From IMG/VR virus record IMGVR_UViG_2778261673_000007: a stretch of 40,308 nt of DNA. One strand, given 5' to 3'. This DNA is from a virus (lineage: Duplodnaviria > Heunggongvirae > Uroviricota > Caudoviricetes). Made by a program: the position numbers and the translations under genes. Shown in pieces: positions 8,016 to 16,154 of this stretch (position 1 is the first letter of the stretch; each line of letters begins with the position of its first letter). The notes beneath the pieces were generated by a model. It did not search any database and was not told the origin of the DNA. It saw only the letters and a program-made list of their open reading frames with translations.

Positions 8016-8976
8016 ATTAACCGGCTATGTATGGGATGGTTGCGCAGCGTCAGGCATGAAATTATCCAGCGTGGCAATTATGGCACGCCTGGCTGATTTC
8101 AGTAATGACGAAGGTGTGTGCTGGCCATCAATTGAAACCATTGCCCGTCAGATTGGCGCGGGGATGAGTACCGTCAGAACGGCTATCGCACGGCTGGAAG
8201 CAGAAGGCTGGTTAACGCGTAAGGCGCGTCGCCAGGGTAACCGCAATGCGTCGAACGTCTATCAGCTTAACGTTGCAAAGCTTCAGGCTGCGGCACTTTC
8301 TCAACTGTCAGATTCTGACCCGTCAAAATCTGACCCGTCAAAATCTGACACATCAAAATCTGACGCATCAAAATCTGACCCGTCAAAATTTGATGCGTCG
8401 AAATCTGGCAAAAAAGCGGGTTTTCACCCGTCAGAATCTGGCGGGGATCCGTCAGTAAAATCAAAACATGATCCGTCAGATAAAAAACCTTCTCGTCCGG
8501 ACGCTTCGCAACCGGACACGCAGACGGATGAACAGGATTTTTTAACTCGCCATCCTGATGCGGTTGTATTCAGCCCTAAAAAGCGCCAGTGGGGAACGCA
8601 GGATGATTTGACCTGCGCACAGTGGCTCTGGAAAAAAATCATCGCCCTGTACGAGCAAGCCGCCGAATGTGACGGCGAGGTGGTTCGTCCCAAAGAACCG
8701 AACTGGACAGCCTGGGCAAACGAAATTCGCCTGATGTGTGTGCAGGATGGTCGTACTCACAAACAAATCTGCGAGATGTACAGCCGCGTCAGCCGCGATC
8801 CGTTCTGGTGCCGTAACGTGCTCAGCCCGTCGAAGTTGCGGGAAAAATGGGATGAGCTTTCCCTGCGCTTATCACCGTCCGTCAGCACGTACACCGAAAA
8901 ACGCGAAGACCCGTACTTCAAATCCAGTTACGACAACGTGGACTACAGCCAGATCCCGGCAGGATTCAGGGGGTGA
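8005..8976 (+). CDS. Replication initiator protein (lambda O-like), N-terminal HTH, central repeat-encoded linker
   Basis: Position after cro/cII-like genes; N-terminal helix-turn-helix-like segment; internal tandem DNA repeats (iterons) encoding SDPSKSD repeats, as in lambdoid O genes that contain the origin. Confidence 0.7.
   Translation: MSTKLTGYVWDGCAASGMKLSSVAIMARLADFSNDEGVCWPSIETIARQIGAGMSTVRTAIARLEAEGWLTRKARRQGNRNASNVYQLNVAKLQAAALSQLSDSDPSKSDPSKSDTSKSDASKSDPSKFDASKSGKKAGFHPSESGGDPSVKSKHDPSDKKPSRPDASQPDTQTDEQDFLTRHPDAVVFSPKKRQWGTQDDLTCAQWLWKKIIALYEQAAECDGEVVRPKEPNWTAWANEIRLMCVQDGRTHKQICEMYSRVSRDPFWCRNVLSPSKLREKWDELSLRLSPSVSTYTEKREDPYFKSSYDNVDYSQIPAGFRG
8308..8412. repeat. Seven tandem 15-bp repeats (TCAAAATCTGACCCG and variants): putative origin iterons inside the initiator gene
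   Basis: Read directly: units at 8308, 8323, 8338, 8353, 8368, 8383, 8398, with degenerate copies to about 8480 and an A-rich stretch downstream. Confidence 0.6.
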
Positions 8977-8978
8977 TC

Positions 8979-9467
8979 ATGAGTCTTTTGAATGAAGTTC
9001 AGAAATTCATTGAAGCCCATCCGGGATGTACTTCCGGAGACATTGCGGATGCTTTTGCAGGTTACTCACGGCAGCGCGTTCTGCAGTCAGCAAGCAAGTT
9101 ACGTCAGAGTGGGCGTGTGGCTCACCGTTGTGAAGGAGATACACGCAGACATTTCCCGCGCCTGACTGAGAGAGCGCAGGAACCGGAATCACAACCAGTT
9201 CGAGAAACCAGACCTGTGCGCAATTTCTATGTCGGCACTAACGATCCACGGGTGATTTTGTGCCTGACCCGCCAGGCTGAAGAACTGAAGTCCAGGGGCT
9301 TATACCGTCGTGCTGCAACCGTGTGGATGGCGGCATTCCGTGAAAGCCACTCCCAGCCAGAACGAAACAATTTTCTGGCGCGTCGTGAGCGGTGCTTACG
9401 GAAAAGCAGCAAGCGCGCTGCATCGGGTGAAGAGTGGTATCTGTCAGGGAATTACGTGGGGGCTTAA
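8979..9467 (+). CDS. Hypothetical protein with possible winged-helix N-terminus (regulator?)
   Basis: ATG at 8979 after AGGGGGTG; Arg-rich C-terminus; no secure family assignment. Confidence 0.4.
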   Translation: MSLLNEVQKFIEAHPGCTSGDIADAFAGYSRQRVLQSASKLRQSGRVAHRCEGDTRRHFPRLTERAQEPESQPVRETRPVRNFYVGTNDPRVILCLTRQAEELKSRGLYRRAATVWMAAFRESHSQPERNNFLARRERCLRKSSKRAASGEEWYLSGNYVGA

Positions 9468-10120
9468 TGAGTAATAAATATTGCCAGGCGCTGGTGGAAC
9501 TGCGGAACAAACCAGTCCATGAACTGAAGGAAGTGGGCGATCAGTGGCGCACGCCGGACAACATTTTCTGGGGAATTAACACCCTGTTTGGCCCGTTTGT
9601 TCTGGATCTGTTTACTGACGGTGATAACGCCAAATGTGCCGCGTATTACACGGCGGAAGATAACGCGCTGGCGCATGACTGGTCAGAACGTCTTGCGGAG
9701 CTTAAAGGTGCTGCCTTTGGTAATCCCCCATACAGCCGCGCCAGTCAGCATGAGGGGCAATACATCACCGGCATGCGTTACATCATGAAACATGCCAGTG
9801 CCATGCGTGATAAGGGCGGGCGCTATGTTTTCCTGATCAAAGCTGCCACCAGCGAAGTGTGGTGGCCGGAAGATGCGGACCATATTGCTTTTATTCGCGG
9901 GCGTATTGGTTTTGAACTGCCTGCCTGGTTTATCCCGAAGGATGAGAAGCAGGTGCCGACAGGCGCTTTCTTCGCTGGTGCTATTGCTGTTTTCGACAAG
10001 ACCTGGAAGGGACCGGCAATCAGCTACATCGGGCGCGATGAACTTGAGGCATGTGGTGAAGCCTTTCTGGTGCAGGTTCGCCAGCAGGCGGAAAAACTGG
10101 TCAGGGAGATGGCGGCATGA
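9467..10120 (+). CDS. Phage DNA N6-adenine methyltransferase (Dam-like)
   Basis: Contains the NPPY catalytic motif (GNPPYSRAS) characteristic of N6-adenine/N4-cytosine methyltransferases; start overlaps the previous stop (TAATG). Confidence 0.75.
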   Translation: MSNKYCQALVELRNKPVHELKEVGDQWRTPDNIFWGINTLFGPFVLDLFTDGDNAKCAAYYTAEDNALAHDWSERLAELKGAAFGNPPYSRASQHEGQYITGMRYIMKHASAMRDKGGRYVFLIKAATSEVWWPEDADHIAFIRGRIGFELPAWFIPKDEKQVPTGAFFAGAIAVFDKTWKGPAISYIGRDELEACGEAFLVQVRQQAEKLVREMAA

Positions 10121-10443
10121 CGACGTTAACTCAATGCCAGCAGCAGGTGCTGGATATGCTGATTTCTTACCAGAAAGAGCGTGGCTTTCCGCCAACCAAT
10201 CAGGAGGTGGCAACCATCCTGGGATACCGTTCAGTGAATGCAGCGGTAGAGCATCTTCGTGCACTGGAGAAAAAAGGCGTCATCACGATAAAGCGTGGCG
10301 TGGCCCGGGGGATAACGCTTCATACCGCGGTGAAGGACGACGACAGCGAGGCGGTCGGGATTATCCGCGCACTGCTTGCCGGTGAGGAAAACGGCAGGCT
10401 GCGTGCAGCCCACTGGTTACATGAGAGGGGCCTGAAAGTATGA
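10117..10443 (+). CDS. LexA N-terminal DNA-binding-domain homolog lacking the S24 peptidase domain (108 aa)
   Basis: Aligns by eye with E. coli LexA residues 1-70 (...QQxV.D.I.......GxPPT..E.A..LG.RS.NAA.EHL.AL..KGVI.I..G..RGI.L); no Ala-Gly cleavage site or Ser/Lys dyad follows. Confidence 0.7.
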   Translation: MTTLTQCQQQVLDMLISYQKERGFPPTNQEVATILGYRSVNAAVEHLRALEKKGVITIKRGVARGITLHTAVKDDDSEAVGIIRALLAGEENGRLRAAHWLHERGLKV

Positions 10444-10829
10444 AGCTGATCCTGCCTTTCCCGCCCAGCGTGAACTCGTACTGGCGACACCCCAACAAAG
10501 GGGCGTTTGCAGGTAAGAGCCTGATAAGCGCGGCGGGGCGCAAATTCCAGAGCGCGGCGTGTGCAGCAATAGTTGAGCAGTTACGTCGTCTGCCGAAACC
10601 AACGTCGGCACCTGCTTCAGTGGAGATCGTGTTGTTTCCTCCGGATAACCGGATCCGCGATCTGGACAACTATAACAAGGCGCTGTTTGACGCCCTGACC
10701 CACGCGGGTGTGTGGGAAGACGACAGTCAGGTGAAAAGAATGCTGGTGGAGTGGGGACCGGTTATCCCGGAAGGGAAGGTCGAGATCACTATCAGTAAGT
10801 ACGAGAAACCGGCGGGTGCAGCCGCCTGA
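10440..10829 (+). CDS. rusA: RusA Holliday-junction resolvase
   Basis: 129 aa; N-terminal PFPPSVNSYWRH and central RDLDNYNKALFDALT match the conserved RusA catalytic region (Asp-rich site). Confidence 0.85.
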   Translation: MKLILPFPPSVNSYWRHPNKGAFAGKSLISAAGRKFQSAACAAIVEQLRRLPKPTSAPASVEIVLFPPDNRIRDLDNYNKALFDALTHAGVWEDDSQVKRMLVEWGPVIPEGKVEITISKYEKPAGAAA

Positions 10830-10848
10830 TTAAGAGGAGAAACGAAGT

Positions 10849-11646
10849 ATGAATAATCTGATGGTCATTGATGGTATTGAAGTTCGTCGTGATGCTTATG
10901 GTCGTTACAGCCTGAACGATCTGCACAGGGCTGCCGGTTCTCTGGATAAGCATAAGCCTGCATTCTGGCTCCGCAATGAGCAAACTGAACGTTTAATAAG
11001 CGAGTTGCAGATTTGCAACTCGGTCAATATAGAGCCAGTTAACGTTATTCGTGGCGGAAATAACCAGGGGACGTATGTCTGCAAAGAACTGGTGTATGCC
11101 TATGCAATGTGGATCAGCCCGTCATTCCATCTGAAGGTGATCCGTACTTTCGATATGGTAACCAGCGCACCGGAAAAATTATCCGGACAGGCTGCTGACA
11201 AGATGCAGGCTGGTGTGATTCTGCTGGACTTTATGCGCCGGGAATTAAACCTGTCTAACTCATCAGTGCTTGGAGCCTGTCAGAAGCTTCAGGAGGCTGT
11301 TGGCTTACCGAATCTGGCACCGCGCTATGCCATTGATGCTCCTGCTGATGCACTCGATGGCTCAAGCCGCCCTACGCTATCATTGAGTGCACTGCTGAAG
11401 CAGTATGGTATCCGCCTTACGGCTAATCAGGCATATCACCAGATGGTGAAGCTGGGGATCGTCGAACAGCGCGAACGATACAGCCGTACCGCGATTAACA
11501 ACATCAAAAAATTCTGGTCGCTAACAGCGAAAGGCTGCATGTTCGGCAAGAACATCACCAGTCCCGCAAATCCGCGCGAGACGCAGCCGCACTTTTTCGA
11601 ATCCCGATTCCCTGAGCTATTAAAGCTGCTCGCTACCGTTCATTGA
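10849..11646 (+). CDS. KilA-N domain protein
   Basis: N-terminal segment (DGIEVR...YSLNDLH...FWLRNEQT...GGNNQGTYV...YAMWISPSFHL) has the KilA-N pattern; strong RBS AAGAGGAGA. Confidence 0.7.
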   Translation: MNNLMVIDGIEVRRDAYGRYSLNDLHRAAGSLDKHKPAFWLRNEQTERLISELQICNSVNIEPVNVIRGGNNQGTYVCKELVYAYAMWISPSFHLKVIRTFDMVTSAPEKLSGQAADKMQAGVILLDFMRRELNLSNSSVLGACQKLQEAVGLPNLAPRYAIDAPADALDGSSRPTLSLSALLKQYGIRLTANQAYHQMVKLGIVEQRERYSRTAINNIKKFWSLTAKGCMFGKNITSPANPRETQPHFFESRFPELLKLLATVH

Positions 11647-11647
11647 G

Positions 11648-12643
11648 GTGACCGTGAGAGCACTACTGACCCCTGAAATTGCCCCGCGTATGGGGATCGT
11701 ATTGTTCAGACCAGGTTCAGAGCTGATGCCCTTGTTTATGCAGGGGCGTGTCCTGCTGGAGCCTGAGCCGGAACGTTATTCATCTTTCGCCAGTGGTGCC
11801 GTTCCGGCAGCATCACAACCGCTGGCGGATGATCCTGCCGTTCGGGCCGTGTTCCGCAATGAGGCAGTGATCCGTCGTGCTGGTGGAGTGGAATGTCTTG
11901 AAAGCTGGTTACTTCGTGAAAAAGGCTGCCAGTGGCCTCATTCCGACTGGCACAGCGAGAACATGACCACAATGCGACACGCGCCGGGCGCAATCCGTCT
12001 GTGCTGGCACTGCGATAACCAGCTGCGCGATCAGTTCACGGAACGGCTGGAATCAATGGCAACGGATAACTGTGCCCGCTGGATGTTGTCTGTTGTGCGT
12101 CGGGATCTCGGTTTTGATGATAGTCACGTTGTGACAATGCCGGAACTATGCTGGTGGCTGGTTCGTAATGACCTGGCGGATGCCTTACCGGAAAGTGCAG
12201 CCCGTAAGGCACTGAGATTACCGAAGCCTGTTGTGCCGTCTGCCACCCGGGAAAGTGACCTTGTTCCTTCGGTTCCTGCCACCAGCATCATCCAGGATAA
12301 AGCGAAAAAGGTGCTGGCGCTGAAAGTGGATCCGGAGTCGCCGGAGTCTTTTATGTTACGCCCCAAACGTCGCCGCTGGGTTAACGAAAAGTACACGCGC
12401 TGGGTTAAGACGCAGCCGTGCGCATGTTGTGGAAAGTCTGCTGATGATCCTCACCACCTGATAGGTCACGGTCAGGGAGGAATGGGGACAAAAACGCATG
12501 ACCTCTTTGTGTTGCCTTTGTGCAGAAAGCATCACGACGAGCTGCATGCAGATACCGTGGCATTTGAAGAGAAGTATGGCTCCCAACTGGAGCTGATATT
12601 TCGTTTTATCGATCGTGCGCTGGCAACTGGCGTGCTGGCCTGA
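11648..12643 (+). CDS. DUF968-family protein with C-terminal Cys/His cluster (NinG/HNH-like)
   Basis: C-terminal CACCGK...HHLIGHGQGG...CRKHHDELH metal-binding cluster; nin-region position; true start may be the GTG at 11654. Confidence 0.55.
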   Translation: MTVRALLTPEIAPRMGIVLFRPGSELMPLFMQGRVLLEPEPERYSSFASGAVPAASQPLADDPAVRAVFRNEAVIRRAGGVECLESWLLREKGCQWPHSDWHSENMTTMRHAPGAIRLCWHCDNQLRDQFTERLESMATDNCARWMLSVVRRDLGFDDSHVVTMPELCWWLVRNDLADALPESAARKALRLPKPVVPSATRESDLVPSVPATSIIQDKAKKVLALKVDPESPESFMLRPKRRRWVNEKYTRWVKTQPCACCGKSADDPHHLIGHGQGGMGTKTHDLFVLPLCRKHHDELHADTVAFEEKYGSQLELIFRFIDRALATGVLA

Positions 12644-12660
12644 TTTTGTGGAGAAAGTTG

Positions 12661-13023
12661 ATGCGTGATATTCAGATGGTTCTGGATCGTTGGGGAGCAT
12701 GGGCGGCGAGTGATAGTTCTGGAGTAGACTATTCTCCTATAGCTGCTGGGTTTAAAGGGCTTCTTCCCTATACAAGCAAAACACGTCAGGCTTGTTCAGA
12801 TAGTGATGCATTAATTATTGAAGGTTGTCTTGCTCTTCTTAAGAAGAGAAAACCGTATGAGCACTCTCTGATTGTGGCTCATTACCTGTATGGCATCTCG
12901 AAAAGGAAGATAGCAAAAGCATACAAAAAAGATGAGAAATTGATACGTATAGAGATACAGTTGGCTGAAGGGTTTATAGATGGTTGTCTCTCGATGCTGG
13001 ATATTCGTTTAGAAATGGAGTAA
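12661..13023 (+). CDS. Late-gene antiterminator Q (QuuD-like small Q family)
   Basis: Begins MRDIQMVLDRWGAWAA... which I recall as the N-terminus of the DLP12 QuuD-type antiterminators; position upstream of the lysis cassette; start at internal ATG with GGAGAAAG RBS. Confidence 0.65.
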   Translation: MRDIQMVLDRWGAWAASDSSGVDYSPIAAGFKGLLPYTSKTRQACSDSDALIIEGCLALLKKRKPYEHSLIVAHYLYGISKRKIAKAYKKDEKLIRIEIQLAEGFIDGCLSMLDIRLEME

Positions 13024-13033
13024 TAAAATTAAG

Positions 13034-13064
13034 GCAGCAACATAGAGTTTAACTTTGTTGCTGC
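13034..13064 (-). terminator. Rho-independent terminator for the 13074-13820 cargo gene (9-bp stem, U-rich tail on the minus strand)
   Basis: GCAGCAACA ... TGTTGCTGC inverted repeat; on the minus strand the stem is followed by CUUAAUUUUAUUA. Confidence 0.45.
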
Positions 13065-13073
13065 GTAACAGAT

Positions 13074-13820
13074 TTAATCTGGCATTATGGTAGATAATTG
13101 TGGGCTAGGTTTAACCCCGTAGGTTTCTGATATTCTTTTAACGTTGATACCTACGATTTTTCTGACAGCTCCCAACGAAAATTCTAACTCTTTAATCCCT
13201 GCGTCTTTAGAAGTGTTGTTCATATAATAACGGCATGCTTCTCGAATTGACTTGCAAACGATAAATAGAGGTGATTCATCTGGGATTTGAGAAAGCAAAG
13301 AGGTCAAACATGTTCTTAACTCTTTGAGTGATTCGGCAACAAAACAGGGGTTTTCAAGATGATATTCTACGAACAAAGCCCCTTTATCATCCAATTCATT
13401 TATAATCTTTTTTGCCAGATTTCTTTCATCATGCTGTTGAATATATTTCAAAGCATCGAAGGTAATATTAATCGAACCTTCAAGACAGGAGCTTATAAGG
13501 CTTTCATGATCTTTTTTCCATTTTCTTAATACAGGTGCCGGATAGTCTAGCCCCTGATTCTTATCTATTAATACAGAACAAGTAGCACACAGCCATATGC
13601 CATTGTTAATTGACTTCCTTTCTGTTTCTGATTGTGACATGTCATAGCGTGGGCCATCAGGAGATGCTGCACATATGTGAGCAGCAACTCCTGTCTTGAT
13701 TGATTTATTGCCATCAATTGATGGGCCAATGGTCAATCTAGGGCATGAAGGGTTTGAACAAATGAATGCTGCCCGCTCTGCTAATTTTTTTATAGTGTCT
13801 TTAGAAAAATTATGTCGCAT
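13074..13820 (-). CDS. AT-rich cargo gene: 248-aa protein with N-terminal HNH-like Cys/His nuclease motif and unknown C-terminal domain
   Basis: CSNPSC ... AAHICA ... NNGIWLCATC arrangement resembles a zinc-ribbon HNH nuclease; oriented opposite to flanking phage genes; distinctly lower GC; sits between Q and the late promoter. Confidence 0.5.
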   Translation of the reverse strand: MRHNFSKDTIKKLAERAAFICSNPSCPRLTIGPSIDGNKSIKTGVAAHICAASPDGPRYDMSQSETERKSINNGIWLCATCSVLIDKNQGLDYPAPVLRKWKKDHESLISSCLEGSINITFDALKYIQQHDERNLAKKIINELDDKGALFVEYHLENPCFVAESLKELRTCLTSLLSQIPDESPLFIVCKSIREACRYYMNNTSKDAGIKELEFSLGAVRKIVGINVKRISETYGVKPSPQLSTIMPD

Positions 13821-13912
13821 GTAGTGAACCCAATATATGAGAAAAATATTACTAACGCGGTCCGCATTTTATCATGTAATGTGTTAAGAGTGGTTACTTC
13901 GCCACACAGCTT

Positions 13913-13943
13913 AAACCCGCCGTCGAGCGGGTTTTGTCGTTTC
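13913..13943 (+). terminator. Putative tR'-type terminator downstream of the late promoter (Q-antitermination target region)
   Basis: AACCCGC-cgtcga-GCGGGTT followed by TTTTG; located between Q and the holin, where lambdoid phages place pR', qut and tR'. Confidence 0.45.
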
Positions 13944-14086
13944 TGGGGCTGGGGATTCGTTGGTCCTTGCCTATTCCGCAGTTATCCATTGGTTCGGCTT
14001 CTTTGACGTTTCCGCTTCTGATTTGCGGTACATGATGTTTCCTCAATTTGCACCTGCTGTATCAGCGAGGTGAGAGATAACTACAA

Positions 14087-14413
14087 ATGCCTCATAACCC
14101 AAATACATGGCTGGAGTTGGTCCAGAGCTGGTGGCGTGGAGACACACCGCTGGGCGCAGTGATTATGTCGATTGTTATGGCTGGTTTACGTATTGCCTAT
14201 TTTGGCGGTGGTGGCGGCTGGAAACGAAAAACACTCGAAATTCTACTCTGTGGCGCTCTGACGCTGACTTTCGCATCCGCTCTTGAGTATGTCGGATGGC
14301 CTAAATCACTATCTGTTGCCATTGGTGGTGGGGTGGGGCTGATCGGTGTTGATGCTATTCGTGGGGCTGCAATGAGAGTAATCGGTAACAAGTTTGGTGG
14401 CTCTAAGGAGTAA
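14087..14413 (+). CDS. Holin (lambda S-like)
   Basis: 108 aa, hydrophobic helices with a charged C-terminus; resembles lambda S in the ...GGG...TLTFASALEYVG...IGVDAIRG region; immediately precedes the endolysin. Confidence 0.8.
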   Translation: MPHNPNTWLELVQSWWRGDTPLGAVIMSIVMAGLRIAYFGGGGGWKRKTLEILLCGALTLTFASALEYVGWPKSLSVAIGGGVGLIGVDAIRGAAMRVIGNKFGGSKE

Positions 14414-14416
14414 TTT

Positions 14417-14893
14417 ATGCAGGTACTAAATTCCCAGCGTAAAGCTTTCCTGGATATGGTGGCATGGTCAGAGGGAACGGATAACGGGCGACAACTGACA
14501 CGTAACCACGGTTATGACGTTATTGTCGGTGGAGAACTCTTCACTGATTACTCCGATCACCCTCGCAAACTTGTCACGCTAAACCCGAAACTCAAATCAA
14601 CAGCTGCAGGCCGTTATCAACTTCTTTCACGCTGGTGGGATGCTTACCGCAAGCAGCTTGGGTTGAAAGACTTCTCTCCAAAAAGCCAGGATGCTGTGGC
14701 ATTGCAGCAGATTAAAGAGCGTGGCGCTTTACCGATGATTGATCGCGGCGATATTCGTCAGGCTATCGATCGTTGCAGCAATATCTGGGCTTCACTGCCG
14801 GGCGCTGGTTACGGTCAGTATGAACATAAAATCGGTGACCTGATTGCCCGGTTTAAAGAGGCTGGTGGGGTGGTAAATGAAGTTGAGCTATAA
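14417..14893 (+). CDS. Endolysin, lambda R-type lytic transglycosylase
   Basis: Near-identical by recall to lambda R over most of its length (NQRKAFLDM.AWSEGTDNGRQ.TRNHGYDVIVGGELFTDYSDHPRKLVTLNPKLKST.AGRYQLLSRWWDAYRKQLGLKDF...). Confidence 0.9.
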   Translation: MQVLNSQRKAFLDMVAWSEGTDNGRQLTRNHGYDVIVGGELFTDYSDHPRKLVTLNPKLKSTAAGRYQLLSRWWDAYRKQLGLKDFSPKSQDAVALQQIKERGALPMIDRGDIRQAIDRCSNIWASLPGAGYGQYEHKIGDLIARFKEAGGVVNEVEL

Positions 14894-15338
14894 GCTGGTT
14901 ATCGCTGTTTTCTTCGTTTCTGTCGTTGGTTCTTTTATCTGTTCAGTGAATCATTACCACAATAAAGCTATTGAATACAAAAAGCAGCGTGATGAGAATG
15001 CTATGGCATTAGATTCGGCTATGGCGACCATCTCTGATATGCAGAAGCGTCAACGTGACGTAGCAGAACTTGACGCCAGATACACAAAGGAGCTTGCTGA
15101 TGCTAACGCGACTATCGAAAGTCTCCGTGCTGATGTTTCTGCTGGGCGTAAGCGCCTGCAAGTCGCTGCCACCTGTGCAAAGTCAACGACCAGAGCCAGC
15201 GGCATGGGCGATGGAGAAAGTCCAAGACTTACAGCAGATGCTGAACTCAATTATTACCGTCTCCGAAGTGGAATCGACAAGATAACGGCGCAGGTTAACT
15301 ACTTGCAGGAGTATGTAAAGTTGCAGTGTTTGCATTGA
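14877..15338 (+). CDS. Rz i-spanin
   Basis: N-terminal TM helix then coiled-coil periplasmic domain; overlaps endolysin end; contains an embedded +1-frame lipoprotein gene. Confidence 0.8.
   Translation: MKLSYKLVIAVFFVSVVGSFICSVNHYHNKAIEYKKQRDENAMALDSAMATISDMQKRQRDVAELDARYTKELADANATIESLRADVSAGRKRLQVAATCAKSTTRASGMGDGESPRLTADAELNYYRLRSGIDKITAQVNYLQEYVKLQCLH
15100..15285 (+). CDS. Rz1 o-spanin (embedded lipoprotein)
   Basis: Embedded in Rz in another frame; signal peptide with lipobox-like VSAC; Pro-rich mature region; GGAG 7 nt upstream of the ATG at 15100. Confidence 0.7.
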   Translation: MLTRLSKVSVLMFLLGVSACKSLPPVQSQRPEPAAWAMEKVQDLQQMLNSIITVSEVESTR

Positions 15339-15386
15339 CCTTGACTATTTGACAGTTGTTAAATGTTTTCTCCAAATGGGGAGAGA

Positions 15387-16076
15387 ATGATGAGAATTTT
15401 TGGGTGCGGTGTTTTAGTTAGTGTCGTTTATTTCTTTGGCTTAGGTATTACGATCCATGTTCTTGATTTGAACCAGATGACGTCGTGGAATGAGTTTGGA
15501 GATTTTCTTGCTGGTGCATTTTCCCCAGTGGCCTTTTTTTGGCTTGTGCTTGGGTATTTACAGCAACAAAAAGAACTACAGCAAAATACTGAAGCGTTAA
15601 AGTTACAAGCCACTGAGTTGAAAAACTCAGTCGAACAATATAAAGAGATGGTTTCCGTTTCTAAACAGCAATTAGAAAATGAATCAATCAAAGCCATGAC
15701 AGAAAGGCTGGAAAGAGAAAAAGAAACGAAGCCTGATCTATATATGTTGAATCTGGGATGGTCAGTTAAAAGTGGTGATCAGTATGAGTATAATTGGTCG
15801 GTATTTAGTGATGGTAAAACAGCGAAAAATATAAGCTTAACTTTTGACCCTCCTATCGGGGAATATAGCTCGCATTTTTTTAGAAGTAGCAATGGCGCAA
15901 TTAAACTTCCTAAAAATAAAATAAATGCTGGAGATGTGCCTGAACATTTTCGGGTCGTTTTGACTTATGAGAGTATATTGGGGTATTCGTATGAATCTGA
16001 ATATCATTATGAGCATGATATGAATGGTATGTATAATTTAATTGATTCTGCTGATTATCAGCGAACAAAGATTTAA
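15387..16076 (+). CDS. AT-rich cargo gene: two-TM membrane protein with coiled-coil and unknown C-terminal domain
   Basis: Start taken at the ATG pair following GGGGAGAG; two hydrophobic helices, a Q/E/K-rich coiled-coil stretch, then a Tyr-rich C-terminal domain; strong terminator follows; low GC. Confidence 0.5.
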   Translation: MMRIFGCGVLVSVVYFFGLGITIHVLDLNQMTSWNEFGDFLAGAFSPVAFFWLVLGYLQQQKELQQNTEALKLQATELKNSVEQYKEMVSVSKQQLENESIKAMTERLEREKETKPDLYMLNLGWSVKSGDQYEYNWSVFSDGKTAKNISLTFDPPIGEYSSHFFRSSNGAIKLPKNKINAGDVPEHFRVVLTYESILGYSYESEYHYEHDMNGMYNLIDSADYQRTKI

Positions 16077-16118
16077 CTACAGTCGTGGTACTGTCAGAGT
16101 AAATTGTTACTATGAATT

Positions 16119-16143
16119 AGCCTCGCATTAGCGAGGCTTTTTA
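16119..16143 (+). terminator. Rho-independent terminator (AGCCTCGC-atta-GCGAGGCT + TTTTT)
   Basis: Perfect 8-bp stem, 4-nt loop, T-run; directly downstream of the cargo gene ending at 16076. Confidence 0.65.
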
Positions 16144-16154
16144 CTGGTGTTTTT

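Noticed and set aside
8308-8412. Possible CRISPR array
   Set aside because: Repeats are contiguous 15-bp units without spacers and lie inside a coding gene; no cas genes in the window.
8246-8464. ORFs on both strands encoding QNLT/QILT repeats
   Set aside because: Artefacts of the 15-bp tandem iterons inside the replication initiator gene; overlapped entirely by the better-supported 8005-8976 frame.
13812-14006. 64-aa ORF in the late promoter region
   Set aside because: Covers the putative promoter and tR' hairpin; Pro/Cys/Phe-rich, no RBS; the region is better explained as regulatory.
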